64,000 nt of DNA from the human T2T-CHM13v2.0 reference genome, Homo sapiens: assembly GCF_009914755.1 (NCBI RefSeq), contig NC_060938.1. One strand, given 5' to 3'. Within the stretch, counting starts at the first letter, position 1. The number at the start of each line of letters is the position of its first letter. A model generated the notes under the pieces. It had not been told where the DNA came from and did not search any database. It saw only the letters and a list, made by a program, of their open reading frames with translations. This document shows, piece by piece, positions 1-13,400 of this stretch. The translations under genes and the position numbers were made by a program.

Positions 1-129
1 TTCCATATACTACAAAAAGAGCGTTTCAAACCTGCTCTATGAAAGGCAATGTTCAACTCTGTGACTTGAATGCAGACATCACAGAGCAGTTTCTGAGAAT
101 GCTTCTGTCTAGATTTTATAGGAAGATAT

Positions 130-146
130 TCCCGTTTCCAACGAAA
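130..146 (-). promoter_or_regulatory. CENP-B box 1 of the HOR (repeated in every copy)
   Basis: tcccgtttccaacgaaa; the reverse complement TTTCGTTGGAAACGGGA matches YTTCGTTGGAARCGGGA. Confidence 0.97.
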
Positions 147-300
147 TCTTCACAGCTATCCAAATATCCACTTGCAGATTCTACAAAAAGAGTGTATCAA
201 AACTGCTCTGTCAAAAGGAAGGTTCTTCTCTGTTAGGTGAGTGCATACGTCATAAAGGAGTTTCTGAGAATGTTTCTGTCTAGTGGTTATGGGAAGATAT

Positions 301-317
301 TTGCTTTTTCACCGTAG
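301..317 (-). promoter_or_regulatory. pJalpha-type (A-box) motif in the alternate monomers (representative; homologues near 643, 981 and 1323)
   Basis: ttgctttttcaccgtag; the reverse complement CTACGGTGAAAAAGCAA resembles CTAYGGTGRAAAAGGAA. It lies exactly 171 bp from the CENP-B box, at the homologous monomer position. Confidence 0.75.
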
Positions 318-471
318 GCCTCAGAGCGCTCCAAATATCCACTTGCACATACTACAAAAAGAGTGCTTCAAAGCTGCTCTCTGAAACGGAATGTTCAACT
401 CTATGAGTTGAATGCAAACATCACAAAGACGTTTCTGAGAATGCTTCTGTCTAGATTTGATATGAAGATAT

Positions 472-488
472 TCCCGTTTCCAACGAAA
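472..488 (-). promoter_or_regulatory. CENP-B box 2 of the HOR (repeated in every copy)
   Basis: Exact tcccgtttccaacgaaa, 342 bp after box 1. Confidence 0.97.
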
Positions 489-809
489 TCTTCAAATCTA
501 TCCAAATGTCCACTTGCAGATTCAACAAAAAGTGTTTTTCAGAACTGCTCTATCAAAAGAAAGATCCACCTCTGTTAGCTGAGTTCACACATCACAAACA
601 AGTTTATGAGAATGCTTCTGTCTAGTTTTTATTTGAAGATATTTCCTTTCTCACCATAGAGCTGAAAGCTGTCCTAATGTTCACTTCCAGATACTACAGA
701 AAGAGTGTTTCAAAACTGCTGTACGAAAGGGAATGTTCAACTCTGTGACTTGAATGCACACATCACAAAGAAGTTTCTGAGGATGCTGCTGTCTACTTTT
801 TATACGTAA

Positions 810-826
810 TCCCGTTTCCAACGAAA
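810..826 (-). promoter_or_regulatory. CENP-B box 3 of the HOR (repeated in every copy)
   Basis: Exact tcccgtttccaacgaaa, 338 bp after box 2, preceded by the shortened flank tatacgtaa. Confidence 0.97.
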
Positions 827-1151
827 TCCTCCAAGCTATCCAAATATCCACTTGCAGATTCCACAGAAAGACTGTTTCAAAACTGCTCTGTCAATAGAAA
901 GGTTCAACTCTGTTAGCTGCATGCATATATCCCAAAGAAGATTCTGAGATTGCTTCTGTCTAGTTTTTATGGGAAGATATTTCCCTTTTCACCGTAGGCG
1001 TCAAGGCGCTCCAAATGTCCACTTCCAGATACTACAAAAAGAGTGTTTCAAACCTACTCTGTGAAAGGGAATATTCAACTCTGTGACTTGAATGCACATA
1101 TCACAAGGAAGTTTCTGAGAATGCTTCTGTCGAGATTTTATATGAAGATAT

Positions 1152-1168
1152 TCCCGTTTCCAACGAAA
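1152..1168 (-). promoter_or_regulatory. CENP-B box 4 of the HOR (repeated in every copy)
   Basis: Exact tcccgtttccaacgaaa, 342 bp after box 3. Confidence 0.97.
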
Positions 1169-4130
1169 TCCTGAAATGTATCCAAATATCCCCTTGCAGA
1201 TTCTACAAAAAGAGTGTTTCAAAACTGCTCTGTAAAAAGAAAGGTTCAACTCTGTTAGTTGAGTACACACATCACAAACAAGTTTCACACAATGCTTCTT
1301 TCTAGCTTGTAGGGGAAGATATTCCCTTTATCACCATGGGCCTCAAACCGTCCGATAAGTCCACTTCCATATACTACAAAAAGAGCGTTTCAAACCTGCT
1401 CTATGAAAGGCAATGTTCAACTCTGTGACTTGAATGCAGACATCACAGAGCAGTTTCTGAGAATGCTTCTGTCTAGATTTTATAGGAAGATATTCCCGTT
1501 TCCAACGAAATCTTCACAGCTATCCAAATATCCACTTGCAGATTCTACAAAAAGAGTGTATCAAAACTGCTCTGTCAAAAGGAAGGTTCTTTTCTGTTAG
1601 GTGAGTGCATACGTCATAAAGGAGTTTCTGAGAATGTTTCTGTCTAGTGGTTATGGGAAGATATTTGCTTTTTCACCGTAGGCCTCAGAGCACTCCAAAT
1701 ATCCACTTGCACATACTACAAAAAGAGTGCCTCAAAGCTGCTCTCTGAAACGGAATGTTCAACTCTATGAGTTGAATGCAAACATCGCAAAGACGTTTCT
1801 GAGAATGCTTCTGTCTAGATTTGATATGAAGATATTCCCGTTTCCAACGAAATCTTCAAATCTATCCAAATGTCCACTTGCAGATTCAACAAAAAGTGTT
1901 TTTCAGAACTGCTCTATCAAAAGAAAGATCCACCTCTGTTAGCTGAGTTCACACATCACAAACAAGTTTATGAGAATGCTTCTGTCTAGTTTTTATTTGA
2001 AGATATTTCCTTTCTCACCATAGAGCTGAAAGCTGTCCTAATGTTCACTTCCAGATACTACAGAAAGAGTGTTTCAAAACTGCTGTACGAAAGGGAATGT
2101 TCAACTCTGTGACTTGAATGCACACATCACAAAGAAGTTTCTGAGGATGCTGCTGTCTACTTTTTATACGTAATCCCGTTTCCAACGAAATCCTCCAAGC
2201 TATCCAAATATCCACTTGCAGATTCCACAGAAAGACTGTTTCAAAACTGCTCTGTCAATAGAAAGGTTCAACTCTGTTAGCTGCGTGCATATATCCCAAA
2301 GAAGATTCTGAGATTGCTTCTGTCTAGTTTTTATGGGAAGATATTTCCCTTTTCACCGTAGGTGTCAAGGCGCTCCAAATGTCCACTTCCAGATACTACA
2401 AAAAGAGTGTTTCAAACCTACTCTGTGAAAGGGAATATTCAACTCTGTGACTTGAATGCACATATCACAAAGAAGTTTCTGAGAATGCTTCTGTCGAGAT
2501 TTTATATGAAGATATTCCCGTTTCCAACGAAATGCTGAAATCTATCCAAATATCCCCTCGCAGATTCTACAAAAAGAGTGTTTCAAAACTGCTCTGTGAA
2601 AAGAAAGGTTCAACTCTGTTAGTTGAGTACACACATCACAAACAAGTTTCACAGAATGCTTCTTTCTAGCTTGTAGGGGAAGATATTCCCTTTATCACCA
2701 TGGGCCTCCAACCGTCCGAAACATCCACTTCCATATACTACAAAAAGAGCGTTTCAAACCTGCTCTATGAAAGGCAATGTTCAACTCTGTGACTTGAATG
2801 CAGACATCACAGAGCAGTTTCTGAGAATGCTTCTGTCTAGATTTTATAGGAAGATATTCCCGTTTCCAACGAAATCTTCACAGCTATCCAAATATCCACT
2901 TGCAGATTCTACAAAAAGAGTGTATCAAAACTGCTCTGTCAAAAGGAAGGTTCTTCTCTGTTAGGTGAGTGCATACGTCATAAAGGAGTTTCTGAGAATG
3001 TTTCTGTCTAGTGGTTATGGGAAGATATTTGCTTTTTCACCGTAGGCCTCAGAGCGCTCCAAATATCCACTTGCACATACTACAAAAAGAGTGCTTCAAA
3101 GCTGCTCTCTGAAACGGAATGTTCAACTCTATGAGTTGAATGCAAACATCACAAAGACGTTTCTGAGAATGCTTCTGTCTAGATTTGATATGAAGATATT
3201 CCCGTTTCCAACGAAATCTTCAAATCTATCCAAATGTCCACTTGCAGATTCAACAAAAAGTGTTTTTCAGAACTGCTCTATCAAAAGAAAGATCCACCTC
3301 TGTTAGCTGAGTTCACACATCACAAACAAGTTTATGAGAATGCTTCTGTCTAGTTTTTATTTGAAGATATTTCCTTTCTCACCATAGAGCTGAAAGCTGT
3401 CCTAATGTTCACTTCCAGATACTACAGAAAGAGTGTTTCAAAACTGCTGTACGAAAGGGAATGTTCAACTCTGTGACTTGAATGCACACATCACAAAGAA
3501 GTTTCTGAGGATGCTGCTGTCTACTTTTTATACGTAATCCCGTTTCCAACGAAATCCTCCAAGCTATCCAAATATCCACTTGCAGATTCCACAGAAAGAC
3601 TGTTTCAAAACTGCTCTGTCAATAGAAAGGTTCAACTCTGTTAGCTGCGTGCATATATCCCAAAGAAGATTCTGAGATTGCTTCTGTCTAGTTTTTATGG
3701 GAAGATATTTCCCTTTTCACCGTAGGCGTCAAGGCGCTCCAAATGTCCACTTCCAGATACTACAAAAAGAGTGTTTCAAACCTACTCTGTGAAAGGGAAT
3801 ATTCAACTCTGTGACTTGAATGCACATATCACAAGGAAGTTTCTGAGAATGCTTCTGTCGAGATTTTATATGAAGATATTCCCGTTTCCAACGAAATCCT
3901 GAAATGTATCCAAATATCCCCTCGCAGATTCTACAAAAAGAGTGTTTCAAAACTGCTCTGTAAAAAGAAAGGTTCAACTCTGTTAGTTGAGTACACACAT
4001 CACAAACAAGTTTCACACAATGCTTCTTTCTAGCTTGTAGGGGAAGATATTCCCTTTATCACCATGGGCCTCCAACCGTCCGAAACATCCACTTCCATAT
4101 ACTACAAAAAGAGCGTTTCAAACCTGCTCT

Positions 4131-7100
4131 ATGAAAGGCAATGTTCAACTCTGTGACTTGAATGCAGACATCACAGAGCAGTTTCTGAGAATGCTTCTGT
4201 CTAGATTTTATAGGAAGATATTCCCGTTTCCAACGAAATCTTCACAGCTATCCAAATATCCACTTGCAGATTCTACAAAAAGAGTGTATCAAAACTGCTC
4301 TGTCAAAAGGAAGGTTCTTCTCTGTTAGGTGAGTGCATACGTCATAAAGGAGTTTCTGAGAATGTTTCTGTCTAGTGGTTATGGGAAGATATTTGCTTTT
4401 TCACCGTAGGCCTCAGAGCGCTCCAAATATCCACTTGCACATACTACAAAAAGAGTGCTTCAAAGCTGCTCTCTGAAACGGAATGTTCAACTCTATGAGT
4501 TGAATGCAAACATCACAAAGACGTTTCTGAGAATGCTTCTGTCTAGATTTGATATGAAGATATTCCCGTTTCCAACGAAATCTTCAAATCTATCCAAATG
4601 TCCACTTGCAGATTCAACAAAAAGTGTTTTTCAGAACTGCTCTATCAAAAGAAAGATCCACCTCTGTTAGCTGAGTTCACACTTCACAAACAAGTTTATG
4701 AGAATGCTTCTGTCTAGTTTTTATTTGAAGATATTTCCTTTCTCACCATAGAGCTGAAAGCTGTCCTAATGTTCACTTCCAGATACTACAGAAAGAGTGT
4801 TTCAAAACTGCTGTACGAAAGGGAATGTTCAACTCTGTGACTTGAATGCACACATCACAAAGAAGTTTCTGAGGATGCTGCTGTCTACTTTTTATACGTA
4901 ATCCCGTTTCCAACGAAATCCTCCAAGCTATCCAAATATCCACTTGCAGATTCCACAGAAAGACTGTTTCAAAACTGCTCTGTCAATAGAAAGGTTCAAC
5001 TCTGTTAGCTGCGTGCATATATCCCAAAGAAGATTCTGAGATTGCTTCTGTCTAGTTTTTATGGGAAGATATTTCCCTTTTCACCGTAGGCGTCAAGGCG
5101 CTCCAAATGTCCACTTCCAGATACTACAAAAAGAGTGTTTCAAACCTACTCTGTGAAAGGGAATATTCAACTCTGTGACTTGAATGCACATATCACAAGG
5201 AAGTTTCTGAGAATGCTTCTGTCGAGATTTTATATGAAGATATTCCCGTTTCCAACGAAATCCTGAAATCTATCCAAATATCCCCTTGCAGATTCTACAA
5301 AAAGAGTGTTTCAAAACTGCTCTGTAAAAAGAAAGGTTCAACTCTGTTAGTTGAGTACACACATCACAAACAAGTTTCACACAATGCTTCTTTCTAGCTT
5401 GTAGGGGAAGATATTCCCTTTATCACCATGGGCCTCAAACCGTCCGATAAGTCCACTTCCATATACTACAAAAAGAGCGTTTCAAACCTGCTCTATGAAA
5501 GGCAATGTTCAACTCTGTGACTTGAATGCAGACATCACAGAGCAGTTTCTGAGAATGCTTCTGTCTAGATTTTATAGGAAGATATTCCCGTTTCCAACGA
5601 AATCTTCACAGCTATCCAAATATCCACTTGCAGATTCTACAAAAAGAGTGTATCAAAACTGCTCTGTCAAAAGGAAGGTTCTTCTCTGTTAGGTGAGTGC
5701 ATACGTCATAAAGGAGTTTCTGAGAATGTTTCTGTCTAGTGGTTATGGGAAGATATTTGCTTTTTCACCGTAGGCCTCAGAGCGCTCCAAATATCCACTT
5801 GCACATACTACAAAAAGAGTGCCTCAAAGCTGCTCTCTGAAACGGAATGTTCAACTCTATGAGTTGAATGCAAACATCGCAAAGACGTTTCTGAGAATGC
5901 TTCTGTCTAGATTTGATATGAAGATATTCCCGTTTCCAACGAAATCTTCAAATCTATCCAAATGTCCACTTGCAGATTCAACAAAAAGTGTTTTTCAGAA
6001 CTGCTCTATCAAAAGAAAGATCCACCTCTGTTAGCTGAGTTCACACATCACAAACAAGTTTATGAGAATGCTTCTGTCTAGTTTTTATTTGAAGATATTT
6101 CCTTTCTCACCATAGAGCTGAAAGCTGTCCTAATGTTCACTTCCAGATACTACAGAAAGAGTGTTTCAAAACTGCTGTACGAAAGGGAATGTTCAACTCT
6201 GTGACTTGAATGCACACATCACAAAGAAGTTTCTGAGGATGCTGCTGTCTACTTTTTATACGTAATCCCGTTTCCAACGAAATCCTCCAAGCTATCCAAA
6301 TATCCACTTGCAGATTCCACAGAAAGACTGTTTCAAAACTGCTCTGTCAATAGAAAGGTTCAACTCTGTTAGCTGCGTGCATATATCCCAAAGAAGATTC
6401 TGAGATTGCTTCTGTCTAGTTTTTATGGGAAGATATTTCCCTTTTCACCGTAGGCGTCAAGGCGCTCCAAATGTCCAGTTCCAGATACTACAAAAAGAGT
6501 GTTTCAAACCTACTCTGTGAAAGGGAATATTCAACTCTGTGACTTGAATGCACATATCACAAAGAAGTTTCTGAGAATGCTTCTGTCGAGATTTTATATG
6601 AAGATATTCCCGTTTCCAACGAAATGCTGAAATCTATCCAAATATCCCCTCGCAGATTCTACAAAAAGAGTGTTTCAAAACTGCTCTGTGAAAAGAAAGG
6701 TTCAACTCTGTTAGTTGAGTACACACATCACAAACAAGTTTCACAGAATGCTTCTTTCTAGCTTGTAGGGGAAGATATTCCCTTTATCACCATGGGCCTC
6801 CAACCGTCCGAAACATCCACTTCCATATACTACAAAAAGAGCGTTTCAAACCTGCTCTATGAAAGGCAATGTTCAACTCTGTGACTTGAATGCAGACATC
6901 ACAGAGCAGTTTCTGAGAATGCTTCTGTCTAGATTTTATAGGAAGATATTCCCGTTTCCAACGAAATCTTCACAGCTATCCAAATATCCACTTGCAGATT
7001 CTACAAAAAGAGTGTATCAAAACTGCTCTGTCAAAAGGAAGGTTCTTCTCTGTTAGGTGAGTGCATACGTCATAAAGGAGTTTCTGAGAATGTTTCTGTC

Positions 7101-10100
7101 TAGTGGTTATGGGAAGATATTTGCTTTTTCACCGTAGGCCTCAGAGCGCTCCAAATATCCACTTGCACATACTACAAAAAGAGTGCTTCAAAGCTGCTCT
7201 CTGAAACGGAATGTTCAACTCTATGAGTTGAATGCAAACATCGCAAAGACGTTTCTGAGAATGCTTCTGTCTAGATTTGATATGAAGATATTCCCGTTTC
7301 CAACGAAATCTTCAAATCTATCCAAATGTCCACTTGCAGATTCAACAAAAAGTGTTTTTCAGAACTGCTCTATCAAAAGAAAGATCCACCTCTGTTAGCT
7401 GAGTTCACACATCACAAACAAGTTTATGAGAATGCTTCTGTCTAGTTTTTATTTGAAGATATTTCCTTTCTCACCATAGAGCTGAAAGCTGTCCTAATGT
7501 TCACTTCCAGATACTACAGAAAGAGTGTTTCAAAACTGCTGTACGAAAGGGAATGTTCAACTCTGTGACTTGAATGCACACATCACAAAGAAGTTTCTGA
7601 GGATGCTGCTGTCTACTTTTTATACGTAATCCCGTTTCCAACGAAATCCTCCAAGCTATCCAAATATCCACTTGCAGATTCCACAGAAAGACTGTTTCAA
7701 AACTGCTCTGTCAATAGAAAGGTTCAACTCTGTTAGCTGCGTGCATATATCCCAAAGAAGATTCTGAGATTGCTTCTGTCTAGTTTTTATGGGAAGATAT
7801 TTCCCTTTTCACCGTAGGCGTCAAGGCGCTCCAAATGTCCACTTCCAGATACTACAAAAAGAGTGTTTCAAACCTACTCTGTGAAAGGGAATATTCAACT
7901 CTGTGACTTGAATGCACATATCACAAGGAAGTTTCTGAGAATGCTTCTGTCGAGATTTTATATGAAGATATTCCCGTTTCCAACGAAATCCTGAAATCTA
8001 TCCAAATATCCCCTTGCAGATTCTACAAAAAGAGTGTTTCAAAACTGCTCTGTAAAAAGAAAGGTTCAACTCTGTTAGTTGAGTACACACATCACAAACA
8101 AGTTTCACACAATGCTTCTTTCTAGCTTGTAGGGGAAGATATTCCCTTTATCACCATGGGCCTCAAACCGTCCGATAAGTCCACTTCCATATACTACAAA
8201 AAGAGCGTTTCAAACCTGCTCTATGAAAGGCAATGTTCAACTCTGTGACTTGAATGCAGACATCACAGAGCAGTTTCTGAGAATGCTTCTGTCTAGATTT
8301 TATAGGAAGATATTCCCGTTTCCAACGAAATCTTCACAGCTATCCAAATATCCACTTGCAGATTCTACAAAAAGAGTGTATCAAAACTGCTCTGTCAAAA
8401 GGAAGGTTCTTCTCTGTTAGGTGAGTGCATACGTCATAAAGGAGTTTCTGAGAATGTTTCTGTCTAGTGGTTATGGGAAGATATTTGCTTTTTCACCGTA
8501 GGCCTCAGAGCGCTCCAAATATCCACTTGCACATACTACAAAAAGAGTGCCTCAAAGCTGCTCTCTGAAACGGAATGTTCAACTCTATGAGTTGAATGCA
8601 AACATCGCAAAGACGTTTCTGAGAATGCTTCTGTCTAGATTTGATATGAAGATATTCCCGTTTCCAACGAAATCTTCAAATCTATCCAAATGTCCACTTG
8701 CAGATTCAACAAAAAGTGTTTTTCAGAACTGCTCTATCAAAAGAAAGATCCACCTCTGTTAGCTGAGTTCACACATCACAAACAAGTTTATGAGAATGCT
8801 TCTGTCTAGTTTTTATTTGAAGATATTTCCTTTCTCACCATAGAGCTGAAAGCTGTCCTAATGTTCACTTCCAGATACTACAGAAAGAGTGTTTCAAAAC
8901 TGCTGTACGAAAGGGAATGTTCAACTCTGTGACTTGAATGCACACATCACAAAGAAGTTTCTGAGGATGCTGCTGTCTACTTTTTATACGTAATCCCGTT
9001 TCCAACGAAATCCTCCAAGCTATCCAAATATCCACTTGCAGATTCCACAGAAAGACTGTTTCAAAACTGCTCTGTCAATAGAAAGGTTCAACTCTGTTAG
9101 CTGCGTGCATATATCCCAAAGAAGATTCTGAGATTGCTTCTGTCTAGTTTTTATGGGAAGATATTTCCCTTTTCACCGTAGGCGTCAAGGCGCTCCAAAT
9201 GTCCAGTTCCAGATACTACAAAAAGAGTGTTTCAAACCTACTCTGTGAAAGGGAATATTCAACTCTGTGACTTGAATGCACATATCACAAAGAAGTTTCT
9301 GAGAATGCTTCTGTCGAGATTTTATATGAAGATATTCCCGTTTCCAACGAAATGCTGAAATCTATCCAAATATCCCCTCGCAGATTCTACAAAAAGAGTG
9401 TTTCAAAACTGCTCTGTGAAAAGAAAGGTTCAACTCTGTTAGTTGAGTACACACATCACAAACAAGTTTCACAGAATGCTTCTTTCTAGCTTGTAGGGGA
9501 AGATATTCCCTTTATCACCATGGGCCTCCAACCGTCCGAAACATCCACTTCCATATACTACAAAAAGAGCGTTTCAAACCTGCTCTATGAAAGGCAATGT
9601 TCAACTCTGTGACTTGAATGCAGACATCACAGAGCAGTTTCTGAGAATGCTTCTGTCTAGATTTTATAGGAAGATATTCCCGTTTCCAACGAAATCTTCA
9701 CAGCTATCCAAATATCCACTTGCAGATTCTACAAAAAGAGTGTATCAAAACTGCTCTGTCAAAAGGAAGGTTCTTCTCTGTTAGGTGAGTGCATACGTCA
9801 TAAAGGAGTTTCTGAGAATGTTTCTGTCTAGTGGTTATGGGAAGATATTTGCTTTTTCACCGTAGGCCTCAGAGCGCTCCAAATATCCACTTGCACATAC
9901 TACAAAAAGAGTGCTTCAAAGCTGCTCTCTGAAACGGAATGTTCAACTCTATGAGTTGAATGCAAACATCGCAAAGACGTTTCTGAGAATGCTTCTGTCT
10001 AGATTTGATATGAAGATATTCCCGTTTCCAACGAAATCTTCAAATCTATCCAAATGTCCACTTGCAGATTCAACAAAAAGTGTTTTTCAGAACTGCTCTA

Positions 10101-13100
10101 TCAAAAGAAAGATCCACCTCTGTTAGCTGAGTTCACACATCACAAACAAGTTTATGAGAATGCTTCTGTCTAGTTTTTATTTGAAGATATTTCCTTTCTC
10201 ACCATAGAGCTGAAAGCTGTCCTAATGTTCACTTCCAGATACTACAGAAAGAGTGTTTCAAAACTGCTGTACGAAAGGGAATGTTCAACTCTGTGACTTG
10301 AATGCACACATCACAAAGAAGTTTCTGAGGATGCTGCTGTCTACTTTTTATACGTAATCCCGTTTCCAACGAAATCCTCCAAGCTATCCAAATATCCACT
10401 TGCAGATTCCACAGAAAGACTGTTTCAAAACTGCTCTGTCAATAGAAAGGTTCAACTCTGTTAGCTGCGTGCATATATCCCAAAGAAGATTCTGAGATTG
10501 CTTCTGTCTAGTTTTTATGGGAAGATATTTCCCTTTTCACCGTAGGCGTCAAGGCGCTCCAAATGTCCACTTCCAGATACTACAAAAAGAGTGTTTCAAA
10601 CCTACTCTGTGAAAGGGAATATTCAACTCTGTGACTTGAATGCACATATCACAAGGAAGTTTCTGAGAATGCTTCTGTCGAGATTTTATATGAAGATATT
10701 CCCGTTTCCAACGAAATCCTGAAATCTATCCAAATATCCCCTTGCAGATTCTACAAAAAGAGTGTTTCAAAACTGCTCTGTAAAAAGAAAGGTTCAACTC
10801 TGTTAGTTGAGTACACACATCACAAACAAGTTTCACACAATGCTTCTTTCTAGCTTGTAGGGGAAGATATTCCCTTTATCACCATGGGCCTCAAACCGTC
10901 CGATAAGTCCACTTCCATATACTACAAAAAGAGCGTTTCAAACCTGCTCTATGAAAGGCAATGTTCAACTCTGTGACTTGAATGCAGACATCACAGAGCA
11001 GTTTCTGAGAATGCTTCTGTCTAGATTTTATAGGAAGATATTCCCGTTTCCAACGAAATCTTCACAGCTATCCAAATATCCACTTGCAGATTCTACAAAA
11101 AGAGTGTATCAAAACTGCTCTGTCAAAAGGAAGGTTCTTCTCTGTTAGGTGAGTGCATACGTCATAAAGGAGTTTCTGAGAATGTTTCTGTCTAGTGGTT
11201 ATGGGAAGATATTTGCTTTTTCACCGTAGGCCTCAGAGCGCTCCAAATATCCACTTGCACATACTACAAAAAGAGTGCCTCAAAGCTGCTCTCTGAAACG
11301 GAATGTTCAACTCTATGAGTTGAATGCAAACATCGCAAAGACGTTTCTGAGAATGCTTCTGTCTAGATTTGATATGAAGATATTCCCGTTTCCAACGAAA
11401 TCTTCAAATCTATCCAAATGTCCACTTGCAGATTCAACAAAAAGTGTTTTTCAGAACTGCTCTATCAAAAGAAAGATCCACCTCTGTTAGCTGAGTTCAC
11501 ACATCACAAACAAGTTTATGAGAATGCTTCTGTCTAGTTTTTATTTGAAGATATTTCCTTTCTCACCATAGAGCTGAAAGCTGTCCTAATGTTCACTTCC
11601 AGATACTACAGAAAGAGTGTTTCAAAACTGCTGTACGAAAGGGAATGTTCAACTCTGTGACTTGAATGCACACATCACAAAGAAGTTTCTGAGGATGCTG
11701 CTGTCTACTTTTTATACGTAATCCCGTTTCCAACGAAATCCTCCAAGCTATCCAAATATCCACTTGCAGATTCCACAGAAAGACTGTTTCAAAACTGCTC
11801 TGTCAATAGAAAGGTTCAACTCTGTTAGCTGCGTGCATATATCCCAAAGAAGATTCTGAGATTGCTTCTGTCTAGTTTTTATGGGAAGATATTTCCCTTT
11901 TCACCGTAGGCGTCAAGGCGCTCCAAATGTCCAGTTCCAGATACTACAAAAAGAGTGTTTCAAACCTACTCTGTGAAAGGGAATATTCAACTCTGTGACT
12001 TGAATGCACATATCACAAAGAAGTTTCTGAGAATGCTTCTGTCGAGATTTTATATGAAGATATTCCCGTTTCCAACGAAATGCTGAAATCTATCCAAATA
12101 TCCCCTCGCAGATTCTACAAAAAGAGTGTTTCAAAACTGCTCTGTGAAAAGAAAGGTTCAACTCTGTTAGTTGAGTACACACATCACAAACAAGTTTCAC
12201 AGAATGCTTCTTTCTAGCTTGAAGGGGAAGATATTCCCTTTATCACCATGGGCCTCCAACCGTCCGAAACATCCACTTCCATATACTACAAAAAGAGCGT
12301 TTCAAACCTGCTCTATGAAAGGCAATGTTCAACTCTGTGACTTGAATGCAGACATCACAGAGCAGTTTCTGAGAATGCTTCTGTCTAGATTTTATAGGAA
12401 GATATTCCCGTTTCCAACGAAATCTTCACAGCTATCCAAATATCCACTTGCAGATTCTACAAAAAGAGTGTATCAAAACTGCTCTGTCAAAAGGAAGGTT
12501 CTTCTCTGTTAGGTGAGTGCATACGTCATAAAGGAGTTTCTGAGAATGTTTCTGTCTAGTGGTTATGGGAAGATATTTGCTTTTTCACCGTAGGCCTCAG
12601 AGCGCTCCAAATATCCACTTGCACATACTACAAAAAGAGTGCTTCAAAGCTGCTCTCTGAAACGGAATGTTCAACTCTATGAGTTGAATGCAAACATCGC
12701 AAAGACGTTTCTGAGAATGCTTCTGTCTAGATTTGATATGAAGATATTCCCGTTTCCAACGAAATCTTCAAATCTATCCAAATGTCCACTTGCAGATTCA
12801 ACAAAAAGTGTTTTTCAGAACTGCTCTATCAAAAGAAAGATCCACCTCTGTTAGCTGAGTTCACACATCACAAACAAGTTTATGAGAATGCTTCTGTCTA
12901 GTTTTTATTTGAAGATATTTCCTTTCTCACCATAGAGCTGAAAGCTGTCCTAATGTTCACTTCCAGATACTACAGAAAGAGTGTTTCAAAACTGCTGTAC
13001 GAAAGGGAATGTTCAACTCTGTGACTTGAATGCACACATCACAAAGAAGTTTCTGAGGATGCTGCTGTCTACTTTTTATACGTAATCCCGTTTCCAACGA

Positions 13101-13400
13101 AATCCTCCAAGCTATCCAAATATCCACTTGCAGATTCCACAGAAAGACTGTTTCAAAACTGCTCTGTCAATAGAAAGGTTCAACTCTGTTAGCTGCGTGC
13201 ATATATCCCAAAGAAGATTCTGAGATTGCTTCTGTCTAGTTTTTATGGGAAGATATTTCCCTTTTCACCGTAGGCGTCAAGGCGCTCCAAATGTCCACTT
13301 CCAGATACTACAAAAAGAGTGTTTCAAACCTACTCTGTGAAAGGGAATATTCAACTCTGTGACTTGAATGCACATATCACAAGGAAGTTTCTGAGAATGC
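4131..13400. repeat. 2-HOR super-repeat (2728-bp period, about 3 copies)
   Basis: The private SNV atgtccaGtt occurs at 6478, 9206 and 11934, and ccgaTaagt at 5448, 8176 and 10904. Both sets are spaced exactly 2728 bp. Confidence 0.9.

Larger units (their letters stand above)
39..1402 (-). repeat. One representative HOR unit (8 monomers; 7x171 + 1x167 = 1364 bp)
   Basis: CENP-B boxes start at 130, 472, 810, 1152 and 1494, giving spacings of 342, 338, 342, 342, i.e. four dimers. The unit has XbaI sites (tctaga) at 108 and 450 and a TaqI site (tcga) at 1130. Confidence 0.95.

Noticed and set aside
312-332. Short palindromes (aggcct, agcgct) and A/T tracts as possible terminators or hairpins
   Set aside because: These are only 6-bp dyads and short A-tracts typical of alphoid monomers. 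I saw no extended stem.
1001-1288. CxxC-like cysteine pairs in the minus-strand 95-aa ORF suggesting a zinc finger
   Set aside because: They arise from the tgtgatgtgtg/tgtgatatgtg motif repeated in each monomer, with no independent sign of coding function.
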